Source: an uncultured virus (IMG/VR IMGVR_UViG_3300025158_000014) | Lineage: Duplodnaviria > Heunggongvirae > Uroviricota > Caudoviricetes | Virus record (IMG/VR): IMGVR_UViG_3300025158_000014 | Strand: one strand, 5' to 3' | DNA: 64,000 nucleotides | Part shown: positions 28,786-39,969 of the stretch, piece after piece | Position numbering within the stretch: position 1 is the first letter of the stretch | Layout: every line of letters begins with the position of its first letter | The notes under the pieces: model-generated | What the model was told of the DNA's origin: nothing | Seen by the model: only the letters and a program-made list of their open reading frames with translations | The model's database searches: none | Made by a program: the position numbers and the translations under genes

Positions 28786-29808
28786 ATGAGAAAATTATCA
28801 AGTATTCAGAAAATTATGAACATTCAACCAATTGAAGGTGCTGATCGAATTGAAGTCGCAACTGTCAATGGTTGGAAAGTTGTTGTCGGGAAAGGTGATT
28901 TTAATGTAGGCGATTTGTGCGTCTATTTTGAAATTGATTCTATTCTCCCATTAGACAAATTCCCTGAATTAGAAAATTCCAAAGGGCGCATCAAAACTAT
29001 TCGTCTTCGTGGTCAACTCTCACAGGGGTATTGCATTACTTTCGATAGATTTAAGAAAATTCTTGATGATGGTGATTTTTGGGATAAAATGGATGAAGAT
29101 ATCTCCATTGTTAACTGGAAAGTAGGGGATGATGTAACTAATTTCCTTGGTGTCGAAAAATACGAACCTCCTATTCTGTTCAAAAATGGTGATGCAAAGG
29201 GGGTCTTCCCTTCTTATATCCTCCCTAAGTCCGATGAAGATCGTATTCAATCCAACATGGATTACCTTGACAAGTTTAAAGGTCTTCCTTGGGTGGCAAC
29301 CGTCAAATATGATGGTACTTCCGCGACTTTTGGATATGACAACGATGAGTTCTTTACATGTTCACGTAATCTTAAAATCCATGATGGTGATAACGTTTAT
29401 TGGAATATTGCCCGTAAATACAAACTTCACGAAATCCCCCCTTATCTTGTTGTTCAGGGTGAAGTTGTAGGACCTGGAATCCAAAATAACCGTCTCGGAC
29501 TCAAAGATATAGAATTCCATATTTTTCGTGTTTATGACCAACTCAAAAAGAGGTATTTGTTTTATGATGAAAGAATTAAATTATGCAAATCTTATGGTAT
29601 TCCACATGTCGCATTAGACTCTCGCGGTGATCATTTTGATATGACACTCGAAAAAGTACTTGACATTGCAGAAGGAAAATATAATAATACCAAGAATGAA
29701 AGGGAAGGACTCGTATTTGAAGTGGATGGTTTGGTGAACACTGAATTTGGTGGACACTTGAGTTTTAAAGTAATAAGTAACAAATTCTTACTTAAAGGCG
29801 GGGATTAA
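28786..29808 (+). CDS. ATP-dependent RNA ligase (DRB0094/Rnl2-like)
   Basis: PIEGADRIE, YFEIDS, KYDGTS, QGEVVG, REGLV, SFKVIS. Confidence 0.9.
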   Translation: MRKLSSIQKIMNIQPIEGADRIEVATVNGWKVVVGKGDFNVGDLCVYFEIDSILPLDKFPELENSKGRIKTIRLRGQLSQGYCITFDRFKKILDDGDFWDKMDEDISIVNWKVGDDVTNFLGVEKYEPPILFKNGDAKGVFPSYILPKSDEDRIQSNMDYLDKFKGLPWVATVKYDGTSATFGYDNDEFFTCSRNLKIHDGDNVYWNIARKYKLHEIPPYLVVQGEVVGPGIQNNRLGLKDIEFHIFRVYDQLKKRYLFYDERIKLCKSYGIPHVALDSRGDHFDMTLEKVLDIAEGKYNNTKNEREGLVFEVDGLVNTEFGGHLSFKVISNKFLLKGGD

Positions 29809-29810
29809 TC

Positions 29811-32800
29811 ATGGGAAATCGTGCGGTTATTTGTCACAGTGAAGAACCCGATTCAGTAGGTATTTATCTTCATTGGAATGGTGGTCTTGAATCAGTTCTC
29901 GCATTCCTTGATGTAGCAAAGGATCGTGGATATCGCCTTCCCGCATCAGATGAACAATATAGCATGGCTCGTCTTTGTGGATTGATTTGTGAATACTTTG
30001 AAGGTTCTACTTCCGTTGGTATTGGCTGTCTCAATCAACTTGACACGGACAATTACGACAATGGCACATATCTTATTGGGGGCAATTGGGAAATCATCAA
30101 ACGGTTTGGTGATGGTTCCGAACCAGATAAGTTGAGCTATAGTGACCTGAACCATAATCAGACTGCATTATATCATAAGATCAAAGGGGAATTATCCAAA
30201 TGAAAGTATATGAATTGATGGATATCCTGAAAGACCATGACCCCGAAATGAGGGTTGTGGTCAGGGGATATGAAGCAGGATATGATGATGTTGACAGAGT
30301 TGTCAAACTTAATGTCTGTCTCAATGTCCACAAGGAATGGTACCACGGTAAACATGATATACTTGATAGTGCTGATGAGGCAGAAGAATATCAACAAGAG
30401 GAAGTTTTGTATCTAAGGGGAGACGGAAATGAGTGATGATTCTTGGTATAAACCATCAGAAAAACTGCCAGAATATACAACACATGCTACGGGTAATCGT
30501 TTTTGTGTAATTATTGCAAGCTTTGGGGGGATGGTGACAGAGACACTGTATGAAGAGGGTGAATGGAAACCCATGCATATTGACGGTGTAAATGTATCAC
30601 CTGATTGGTGGAGATATATGCCGGTTCCCCCTGTAACAGACAAATAAAAGAGATCATAAAATGTCAGAATATACACCAGACAAATGGTTAATTGTAACAA
30701 TAAGCGGTTATGATCCTCATTATAGAGTTTTTGCAACGTGGTCTGGTGGATATCTTGATGGTGACTCATGGAAGATGAATTCTGGTATCACATCAGTCAC
30801 AGAAGACGATTATTATTACTACTTCAAGGGATCTTCTGGTTCTGTATATAATTGCCGTAAGACCTCTTATGGATCAAATGGTTACGGTTTGAGTGTTATT
30901 AATAACTTCATTAAACAAAGCGAAAAAGACGGGGTTTTTATCATTGAAATCATGGGTGAAGATTTTGATGTCATGAACACTGATTGGATTATTTGATGAT
31001 AAAAGTAGGTCAAAACGTTAGAATAATCAATTATGGTGGAATGTATAGTTCCTATAACGATATGGCGAAACACATGGGTTTGCTGTATTTCAAGACACAT
31101 GAACTGGTAACATTTGATTTTTCTCAAATCATGACCGTTATATATGTATCTCCGCATTTGAAATTCCCCGACAGTGCCACTTTAGTAGGAATAAGAGGAA
31201 AAGATATTAATGGAAATTTTCGTGACTATATCTATCACATAGATAGTCTTGAGGCTGTATCAGAAGATATTTTATCAGAAGATTTATTTCGGATTTAGGA
31301 GATGAAATGTTAGATTTTGAGACATTTAGAAATGCTTTGTTTACCATTAAACAAAATGTTATACGAGATAGACAATTACAGAACCTTGTTGGGGATGGTG
31401 TCGGCACATATACAGTTGACTCTAATGATTGTATCGTTGAGCTATTAGAACACCATTTTAACGGCGACAAAGACAAGTGGATTGAGTGGTGGGCATGGGA
31501 ATGTGATTTTGGTACAAAAGATTGTTATTACATAGAAAAAGACTCCAAGGAAAGGTATGATATTTCTGACCCAAGGGATTTCTATAATTTTATTGTTGAA
31601 ATTTATGAGATGACGTGATATTATGTATTTGTTGGTGACGAAACCCCCTTAAGAAAGGAAAAATATGGTCGCCAAGAATTTCGAAAAAAATTATGGAAGA
31701 AGCTAACATGGCCGCAGAAGCTGCAGGTGATAAATGGGTAGTGGAACACACTGAACCAGTATATGCTGTCTATAATGCTGATGTTATTACTGGTAAAGCA
31801 TATGGCAAAAGCCTTGGTACCATGTTAGATGTTTGTGGCATTGCGTATGTCCAGATTACCGATAAACGTACAGGGTTCGCCAAATATATCAAAAAGATTC
31901 AAAATGGTTATAATAATGCCGTTCATTTAAACAGCAAATATTCCGGGCGTCAAGAATGGGGTCTTCGTGAGGCATGTTCATATGCCGCTCTTAACGTTCT
32001 CGACAGTCACGGTATTAAGGGTGTTTCTGTCTGGTCTCATATTGACTGAAATATTAACCTAGTGAGGAGTAAAATGGATTACGAATTAATATATGAAAAA
32101 AAGAAAAAACGAGACTTGGCATTAAAAGAAAAATATCCCAAAATTCTAAAAAATCTTGGTGGTAATGCAAGAGAAACTTGTATGTCATGGGTTCATGATG
32201 GTATTTCTGTAAATGATGGATGGTTACCTTTGCTCGATAAATTAATGCATTGCCTTCAATTTCACCATGATAAAAATGGGTATCCACAAGTCGTTGCTGA
32301 CCAGATCAAAGAAAAATTCGGAACACTACGTTTTTACTATCATACAGAAGAAAATGATACTAATCATCCCTATAAAGGGGAAACAAGAAGTTCTGATTAC
32401 CTAAGTGGTATTATTAGTTTTGCAGAATCTATGTCTTCTATGATTTGTGAGAATTGTGGTGACCACGGAGAAATAACCAGAAACGGATGGATTAAAGTTC
32501 GTTGTAAAAATTGTACAGATAACAAAGAAAAGGAGTAATTTATACCACTATTTGAAGTATCAACCCGTCACAAGCATATGGTCGAAGCTAAATCACTTGA
32601 GAATTCTCACTGGATGGGTGAAGGACTCATTCATGAAGCATTGACATTCTTGAATCAAACGAGTAAACTACAATAAACTCTTAACAAGAAAGGAAAAGAC
32701 ATGCATTTCAAATACTCCGAACTTAAAAAATTGCGCCTCGAATACGATTTATCCGCAGAAGAACTACGTGAATTTGTTGAACATGTTATGGTATGTGATG

Positions 32801-34365
32801 ATGATTTTGTAATTGGTCGCTATCGCTATATTAATGGAGATGAGATCGACAAAATCATGCAAGATGAGCTATCCAGTGATGAGTATATCCTTGGTTGCTT
32901 TAATGCATGGTTACTTGCTAGTGTTCTGGAAATTGACCAAGATGTGATTGAGGAAATGCAGAAGTGTGAGGCATATACCGCAATTGGTAAACTGGTTCTG
33001 TCTTTGGGAAAACTGGAAAAACTACAGGAGTCATACGTTCAGGCTGATGGTTATGGTAACCACTTCGACCATTATAGCGGCTCGACTGACGAAATTCATT
33101 TCAGTGATGATATTCCTTCTTTCTACAGGTTCAGGAATGATTAACGGTGTTACCATAGATTTCACCGAAGAAATGGTATTGAACAATTCAAGTCTACCTA
33201 AAGGCATGAAAGATTTTAGATATTATCGCGCTGAAATATGGTCTGATAAAGATCAACATTATGCACATGAATTTGGTGGTCTATGGTTACCAAAACATGT
33301 TGATATTTGTTTAATAGAAGACTTCATAAATGAGAGGATCAAAGAGTCATGAATTATGTCGTCACAATGTATCGTTGGGGTTGTAGGGAAAACCATAGTT
33401 ATGTGGTAGGTGTTTATCACAACGAACAAGATGCCATCAATGCCGGTGAATTGGAAGCATGTGGTCGTGGTGGAAAGTATGAATATGAAGTATTAGGTTT
33501 CGACGAAAACAATAACAAAACATATTCTCATAGTGAAGTTGATATAAACAAATTGACATTAGATGAATGGAAGCGGGATATACAAAACGTCCAATTGGTT
33601 GAAAAATAATTATAAGAAAGGATTTTTAAATGAAAGCGTTGTTTACGAAAGTTAATATGTTCCGTGAGGGTGATAATCCTATTTTTGGTCACTCAGTCAC
33701 AAACATAAGCATCGACGATGAGGGTGCTGGAATGTTTATATCCTTGAAGCAATTTCCTGATACAGGTGATCAAGAATTACGTTTTGATCTGGATGAAATT
33801 GATGACCTTATCAAAAATATTCAATATATGAAGGAATTAATTAAACAGTATGGAGGAGAAGATAATGATTGATTTTGATACATTCAAAAAAACAATAAAA
33901 ATAATCAAAGATTATGACGAGAAAGACCAAAAACTTCATGATTTGGTTGGTGAAGGAATAGGTACATATTCATGTAATATCATTAGTGTTGTTATTGAAC
34001 TGTTATCAAAACACTTAGATAATGATGACTGTTGGCTTAGTTGGTGGATATGGGAGTGTAACTACGGTACCGAACACTGTTTATACAACGAGAAAGATTC
34101 GGATGAGGATATTGACTTGTCTGATATCAGGGTTTTCTATGACTTTTTGGTGAGTCTAAAGAAAAAGGATAATTGATAAATGACCGAACAAGAAAAACAA
34201 AGGATTAATAGTATGAGTCAGTTTGATATGGCTTATATGTGGAGATTTTCTGTAATTGGCGAACCTCTTCTTCAAGGTGATACAGGTGATTATTTTTCCA
34301 AGGTATTCAAAGAAAAGGGTGGAATGACACCCGAAATATCCAAAAGATTAGGTTGGGGGAGATAA
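29811..34365 (+). other. Second array of small early hypothetical ORFs
   Basis: About 14 co-oriented ORFs; 31307-31618 and 33850-34176 are paralogs (WWxWEC); ORF at 31665 is frameshifted at an A7 run. Confidence 0.7.
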
Positions 34366-34391
34366 AAAAATATTCAGGAGAACTATATTTA

Positions 34392-34964
34392 ATGAGCGAA
34401 AAAAATGAACGTGGACACGAAATGATGTATCCTATGATGCAAAGTACGCGCCATAACGGGCGTATATTGTATCTGGCAGGTGACATAAACGAACACGTAG
34501 CGTCAGAAATAAATATCGAAATGATTAAACTTCAAAGAGAAGATCCGCTACAAGATATTACATTAATTGTGGATAGTTATGGTGGCGATTTATTCGCAGC
34601 ATTCTCTATTGTTGATTGTATGGAAATGTTAACATGTGACATCAAAACCATTTGTATGGGAAAGGCAATGTCTGCTGGACAATTTATTTTCTCAACGGGG
34701 GCAAAGGGAAAAAGATTTATGAGTAAACATGCCCGTTTGATGCTCCATAATCCTGTGGCTGGATATGAAGGATCTGTTCCTGATATTGAAGTGGAAATTG
34801 AAGAATTACAGCGTTGTAGAGACCTATTCATCAAACATATTGGTGATAAATCAGGAAAAACTCCAGAAGAGATTAAAGATCTCATTAATAGAAACAAGTA
34901 TTTAGATGCAAATGAAGCAATCGAACTCGGTTTTGCTGATGCTATTGTTAGTAGATTAAAGTGA
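34392..34964 (+). CDS. clpP: ClpP-like protease
   Basis: DSYGG, AMSAG, LMLHNP, YLDANEAIELGFAD. Confidence 0.9.
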   Translation: MSEKNERGHEMMYPMMQSTRHNGRILYLAGDINEHVASEINIEMIKLQREDPLQDITLIVDSYGGDLFAAFSIVDCMEMLTCDIKTICMGKAMSAGQFIFSTGAKGKRFMSKHARLMLHNPVAGYEGSVPDIEVEIEELQRCRDLFIKHIGDKSGKTPEEIKDLINRNKYLDANEAIELGFADAIVSRLK

Positions 34965-35018
34965 GAATGATGTTATGAGTAAATACAGTGGAACGCATTT
35001 AAAAGGGTGGCATAAGTC

Positions 35019-35765
35019 ATGGTTTTAAATCACAGCAAAAACGAAAAACCAAACGGTCGTATCCTCGCCATTGGTGATGTGCATGGTTGCGCTAAGACAC
35101 TTGAAAGTCTTATTGACCAAGTTATGCCGATGCATGATGATGTTATGGTTTTCCTTGGTGACCTAGTTGATAGAGGGGATAAAGTATTCGAAACTATTGA
35201 GTTTTGTATTAAACTCAAAGAAATGTTTCCTGAGACTGTATTCCTCATGGGTAACCACGAAGAAATGTTCATTCATTACCTTAAGGGCAATGGGACCCCG
35301 GACAGTGACGGTATATTTCGATATAATGGTGGTAATGCCACAATCGATAGCTACTTAGAGAATCTTAGGATTTTGGATGAAATTGATAATCCGTTATGTT
35401 GGGATGATCTTCCCCAGAGTCACAGGAATTTCTACGATAACCTGAAAATTTACCACGAGATTGATGAATATGTCTTTGTCCATGCTGGTGTACGTCCCAA
35501 GGTACCATTAGCTGACCAGTTGGCATATGATATTATTTGGATTCGTGATGAGTTCTTGTACTTCTCTAGCCCTGTTATGCCGGGTCGTATCATCGTCCAC
35601 GGTCATACCCCTATGGAAAGAGAAGAAATTAATAAATACAACGAAAAATATAACGATAAATATAACTTGGATAGTGCTTGTGTTTTCGGTCTCGATTTAA
35701 CCTGCCGTGATCTGACCAATGGCATTGTCACAAGAGTAAAACGTCGTGACAGGAGAGTTGGATAA
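35019..35765 (+). CDS. Ser/Thr protein phosphatase (PPP family)
   Basis: GDVHG, GDLVDRG, GNHE, VHAG, HGHTP. Confidence 0.9.
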   Translation: MVLNHSKNEKPNGRILAIGDVHGCAKTLESLIDQVMPMHDDVMVFLGDLVDRGDKVFETIEFCIKLKEMFPETVFLMGNHEEMFIHYLKGNGTPDSDGIFRYNGGNATIDSYLENLRILDEIDNPLCWDDLPQSHRNFYDNLKIYHEIDEYVFVHAGVRPKVPLADQLAYDIIWIRDEFLYFSSPVMPGRIIVHGHTPMEREEINKYNEKYNDKYNLDSACVFGLDLTCRDLTNGIVTRVKRRDRRVG

Positions 35766-36079
35766 TGGAAGAATTTATTTTATATTTAGAAGACAATACG
35801 GAACTTGTGGAGTCAGTATTTGTAGAGTATTATAACGAACAAGCTACAGTTGAGGGTGAGAATATGCAGGGGAATGAAATGTTTGGGGGTTCCGATAGTT
35901 ATGACGAAGATCCTATAACCCTCTATGAAGATTTTGCTCACACAACAGGACACTCGGCGCATTACGCTGGTGCCGAAGGTGTAATACGTGAAATTGGGAT
36001 TCAGGGTGGATTCGAGGTTGAAGTTGATGACGAAGAACTCCAATGGGAGATTTTAGTACTTCTCGATAGAGAGTTTTAA
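35765..36079 (+). CDS. Highly acidic hypothetical protein
   Basis: Very E/D-rich 104-aa ORF. Confidence 0.55.
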   Translation: MEEFILYLEDNTELVESVFVEYYNEQATVEGENMQGNEMFGGSDSYDEDPITLYEDFAHTTGHSAHYAGAEGVIREIGIQGGFEVEVDDEELQWEILVLLDREF

Positions 36080-36080
36080 T

Positions 36081-36641
36081 ATGGCAGTTGTGGTATATGA
36101 TGACAATCAATACAGAAGATTGGTTGATCATGAGAACAGGATTCTTAGTCGATACATAGACCTTTTTGGTGAAGATCCGTTTGAAAAGGTCATACATGAC
36201 GATGAGGGTATGGATGACAATGCTCTTTCTCGCCTTGGTCTTAATGTTACACCAACACCCGAATCACAATGGTATGGTGATAGTGTTGTTGGTACTGTCG
36301 GTACATCAAGAGAGAGTAATGTTGGTGTGTTGGGGGTGGAAGGTGATGCCATCATAACTGATATTACCAGTGTCAACAATATAATGACCGATACTATAAC
36401 CACCATTGGCATGGCAAACCTAACTCACACAACAAATACAGGTATATTTGATAATTTTAGTAATGCCTGTATAAATAATCTTAACGTCCAGAACTCGTTG
36501 AACTTCAACGGTCAAGATTTGATTGAACGTATTGATAGGATGGAGAGGCAATTAAATCAACAGGATGACGAGATTCTTAGACTAAACGAAAAAGTAAGGA
36601 GATTAGAGGAAAACAATGGGCAAGACGGAGCACAGAGATAA
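36081..36641 (+). CDS. Hypothetical protein with C-terminal coiled coil
   Basis: In-operon ORF. Confidence 0.55.
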   Translation: MAVVVYDDNQYRRLVDHENRILSRYIDLFGEDPFEKVIHDDEGMDDNALSRLGLNVTPTPESQWYGDSVVGTVGTSRESNVGVLGVEGDAIITDITSVNNIMTDTITTIGMANLTHTTNTGIFDNFSNACINNLNVQNSLNFNGQDLIERIDRMERQLNQQDDEILRLNEKVRRLEENNGQDGAQR

Positions 36642-36776
36642 CTTTAAATTCGGCAAAGAGCCAAAGAAAAAGGAAAAGTACAAAATCAAGGATTATTACA
36701 AAGGCAAATCATCGAAAGACTTGGTGAATGAATCTGAAGAGTTAGAAGACGATTATAAGCATTAAAAAGGATTATA

Positions 36777-37346
36777 ATGAAATATGAAGATTTTAAACTA
36801 TTACACGAAACTAAGCCTACATTCTCAAAAAACAACGTTTCTGGTGGAATAATTTTCGTTTTATTCACGATTTGTATATTCATGTCAGCATTTCTGCACC
36901 AAGAAAGGCACACAACAGATTACGTCAATAAAATAAAAAAAAGTTTGCAAGTAGAAAGAGAACATCATCGTTACTACAAAGCCCTCGCAGAAGAAAGAAG
37001 GCGTGTTATCATTAAATATAATGCCGAAAGAACACAAACAGTAGATGTATCGTTCTATACAAGATCTGTCGCTGAGACGGATTCAACCCCAAATCAAACA
37101 GCAATTATAACCTTCGCCAGACCTGATTTCACTGTAGCGGTCAGTCACGATTTAAAGTGGATGTTAGGTCATTACATATATATTTACAAAAAAGGAGTCT
37201 TCTATGTGGAAGACTTGATGAATGAAAGATACAAAAAAAGAGTTGACATTTTAGTCGATAAAGTTAAAGATATACCTTCTGAGGGGGTTTTAAAGAACAT
37301 GGAAGTTATGGTATTAGGGAAAGAGTTAGATCTATATTACGAGTAA
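36777..37346 (+). CDS. Membrane-anchored 3D-domain (lytic transglycosylase-like) protein
   Basis: TM segment, ETDSTP, VAVSHDL, VEDLMNERY..RVDI. Confidence 0.75.
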   Translation: MKYEDFKLLHETKPTFSKNNVSGGIIFVLFTICIFMSAFLHQERHTTDYVNKIKKSLQVEREHHRYYKALAEERRRVIIKYNAERTQTVDVSFYTRSVAETDSTPNQTAIITFARPDFTVAVSHDLKWMLGHYIYIYKKGVFYVEDLMNERYKKRVDILVDKVKDIPSEGVLKNMEVMVLGKELDLYYE

Positions 37347-37360
37347 GAAAGGTCTATGGA

Positions 37361-38263
37361 ATGAAAAACAAAGTAGATGTATTGGTGCTGGGGCATGTTG
37401 ACCCAGACGGGTATTGCGCCGCTGGTATAGTGAGTTATTTTGAAACGGGCACCAAAGAGTGGTATGGAATGAATTATGGATATAAGATTCCATGGAACAA
37501 AATCAAACGTTCAAGAAAGATCTACATGGTAGATTTTTCGCTTCCTCCACAGGAAATGGCAAAAATCCGTGATATGGTTGGATATGATAATTTTATTTGG
37601 ATTGACCACCACAAAACTGTTATCGAAGATGTTGATAAGTCAGGACAAAAAATCAAAGGATTACGAAGAATTGGTAACTCTGGATGTGAATTAACATGGG
37701 AATGGTTTTCTGATCAACACATGCCAAAAGCTGTTCGGATGATCGGAAGATATGATGTATGGGATATAGAGTATACCAACATCAAAGAAGGTATTGTTAA
37801 ACAAGATCTATTTCCTTTTGTGACTGGCATCAAATTTCATGATCCTGATGGTGATAGTAATCAATTTTGGTTTAAATTGTTCGAATCCGAGGAATATTGT
37901 GATAAAATTATAGAAGAAGGTAGAATATGCTACGAATATCAACAAAAAATGTATGCTAAGTATTGTAAATCACACTCATTCGATATGGAGTGGGAAGGTC
38001 TGCGTTTTCTCGTTGTCAACGCATTGAACTGTAATAGTCAAATGTTTGATTCAAAATTCAATCATGATGACTATGACGCGGTTATGGCATATGGATATAC
38101 TAACAAGAACTGGTCAGTTAGTATGTACACCGATAAACCGGGGATTGATGTTGGTACCTTGGCACATAAGTATGGTGGGGGTGGACATACCGGGGCTTGT
38201 GGAATGAGTTTTATCCGAGATTTGCCTTTTCAACATCTATTACAATGGAAAGACAGAGAATAA
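37361..38263 (+). CDS. DHH/DHHA1 phosphoesterase
   Basis: DPDG, VDFS, IDHH, GGGGH. Confidence 0.9.
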   Translation: MKNKVDVLVLGHVDPDGYCAAGIVSYFETGTKEWYGMNYGYKIPWNKIKRSRKIYMVDFSLPPQEMAKIRDMVGYDNFIWIDHHKTVIEDVDKSGQKIKGLRRIGNSGCELTWEWFSDQHMPKAVRMIGRYDVWDIEYTNIKEGIVKQDLFPFVTGIKFHDPDGDSNQFWFKLFESEEYCDKIIEEGRICYEYQQKMYAKYCKSHSFDMEWEGLRFLVVNALNCNSQMFDSKFNHDDYDAVMAYGYTNKNWSVSMYTDKPGIDVGTLAHKYGGGGHTGACGMSFIRDLPFQHLLQWKDRE

Positions 38264-38266
38264 AAG

Positions 38267-38299
38267 AAAAAGGGAGTCTTTAATAGAGACTCCCTTTTT
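38267..38299. terminator. Bidirectional terminator
   Basis: AAAAAGGGAGTCT/AGACTCCCTTTTT. Confidence 0.85.
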
Positions 38300-38301
38300 A
38301 G

Positions 38302-39927
38302 TTAATCCCAATAATTTAACCTATAATCAGGTGACTTTTTCTTCTGAGTCTGGACATACCATGCATATGATGAGGTATCTGCACCAGCACTAACCTTGAC
38401 GTAAGGAAAATATATATCATACGAGTCTTTAAGTTTACCAGATAAATCTAACAAAGGAGATATCGTTGACCATGATCCTAAAATTAAAAATGAATTAGCC
38501 TCATTATATTCTATAACAAAATCATTCAAATACCATGAATTATCAAACAGTATTACATATAATCCCATACCAGACGTATATAATGGCGTCTGATCGGAAA
38601 GCGTTACCAGCGTATCCAAACCACTCTGAGTAAATATCCCATTATACCTTTTAGCTACACTGAAATCCAACACACCGGGGTTTTGAGGTGCGAATACAGG
38701 AAGACCCGTAGATATATTATATTTTGTTATAGAAGTGATAGTATCCATTGTTGATTCGTAAAATTTGATATCTCCGTAAGAATTAATCCATGAATACCAT
38801 ACACCTACGTTAGTACTGCCACTTACAACAAAAGAATCGGGTTCGACCCCTTGATTCGGGATAGTATCATCATAAGGACCATTTCTATCACTACATCCTA
38901 TAATTCTACATCCTTTAGATGCTTCAAACCATACTGCGTCAAGTATCTTACAATTTATAAAAGTTGACCATCTATCAAAAAAGAATCCATTTTTTGAGAT
39001 ACAATTAATAAATGTTGATCCTGATGATGGAGATACATCACCACCGAAATAACTATCTAAGACGACAGACCTGCCGCCAAGGTCAAGACCTCAACCACTA
39101 GACGTTCGAACGTTCCTGACATAACATCCTGTGGACAATGCTCCGTTTGCTATAGTTAAACCATTATTGCCATCGTTATATTTAAGTAATCCGTTAACAT
39201 TTTCAATAATCCATTTGATACCAGCTTTATCATGCCAAGGTCTGCTGCTATTGTCAAAGATATCATCCAGACCATTTGATGATATAAGTGTGGGTGGATT
39301 ATCCCATACACCAATAGAAAGATTTTTCATTTCTATCAAAATTTCTCTATTAATAGCGAAAGGTATTATCCCTTCATATGATTCATATGAATTATATTCT
39401 TTCAATACCAGTGTTGTATCACTAATAATATCTGTAATGGTGAACAGAGTATTCGTGTTATTTGGCTCAAAAAAGTCCCCTATGACCGGAGCTTTAGTGT
39501 ATGTTGTTTCTAATGAAGACCATACAAAGTTATTAGCCACGACAATATTTGTACCATATTCAAACGTAATTGAATATGTTTGTGATTCTGGTGACAAAAC
39601 CGGGGGATCTTGTGTATAGTCATAAGATGAATTATAGTTATCAGGGTAATGGACATCAAATCTATAAAAATTTGTTCCTTCTGTAACATGAATTCTAGTG
39701 TTATCCTCACCCTTACCATAAAAACGTATTGGTGTCACTGAAACCGATAAATCAACATCTATATCATTATAGATTTGATGATCTCCTTCGGATAATAACA
39801 TATTCCTCTGACCAGCATTCCAAGAGTCTTCTATTGTAAGGAAGTCTCCGGCTCCAGTCGGATCTATAATAGACCATGTGAGACTATCAACAGATCTTTT
39901 TGGAAAAAATTTATTCAATTGTGTCAT
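38302..39927 (-). CDS. Beta-helix/tailspike-like paralog interrupted by one in-frame TGA (39091-39093)
   Basis: Frame stays open on both sides of the TGA (542 codons); collinear with the paralogs at 59-64 kb. Confidence 0.7.
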
Positions 39928-39969
39928 TCATCTCTCCTATAATTTTCTTCGAAATGGTTGGTAGTAATA

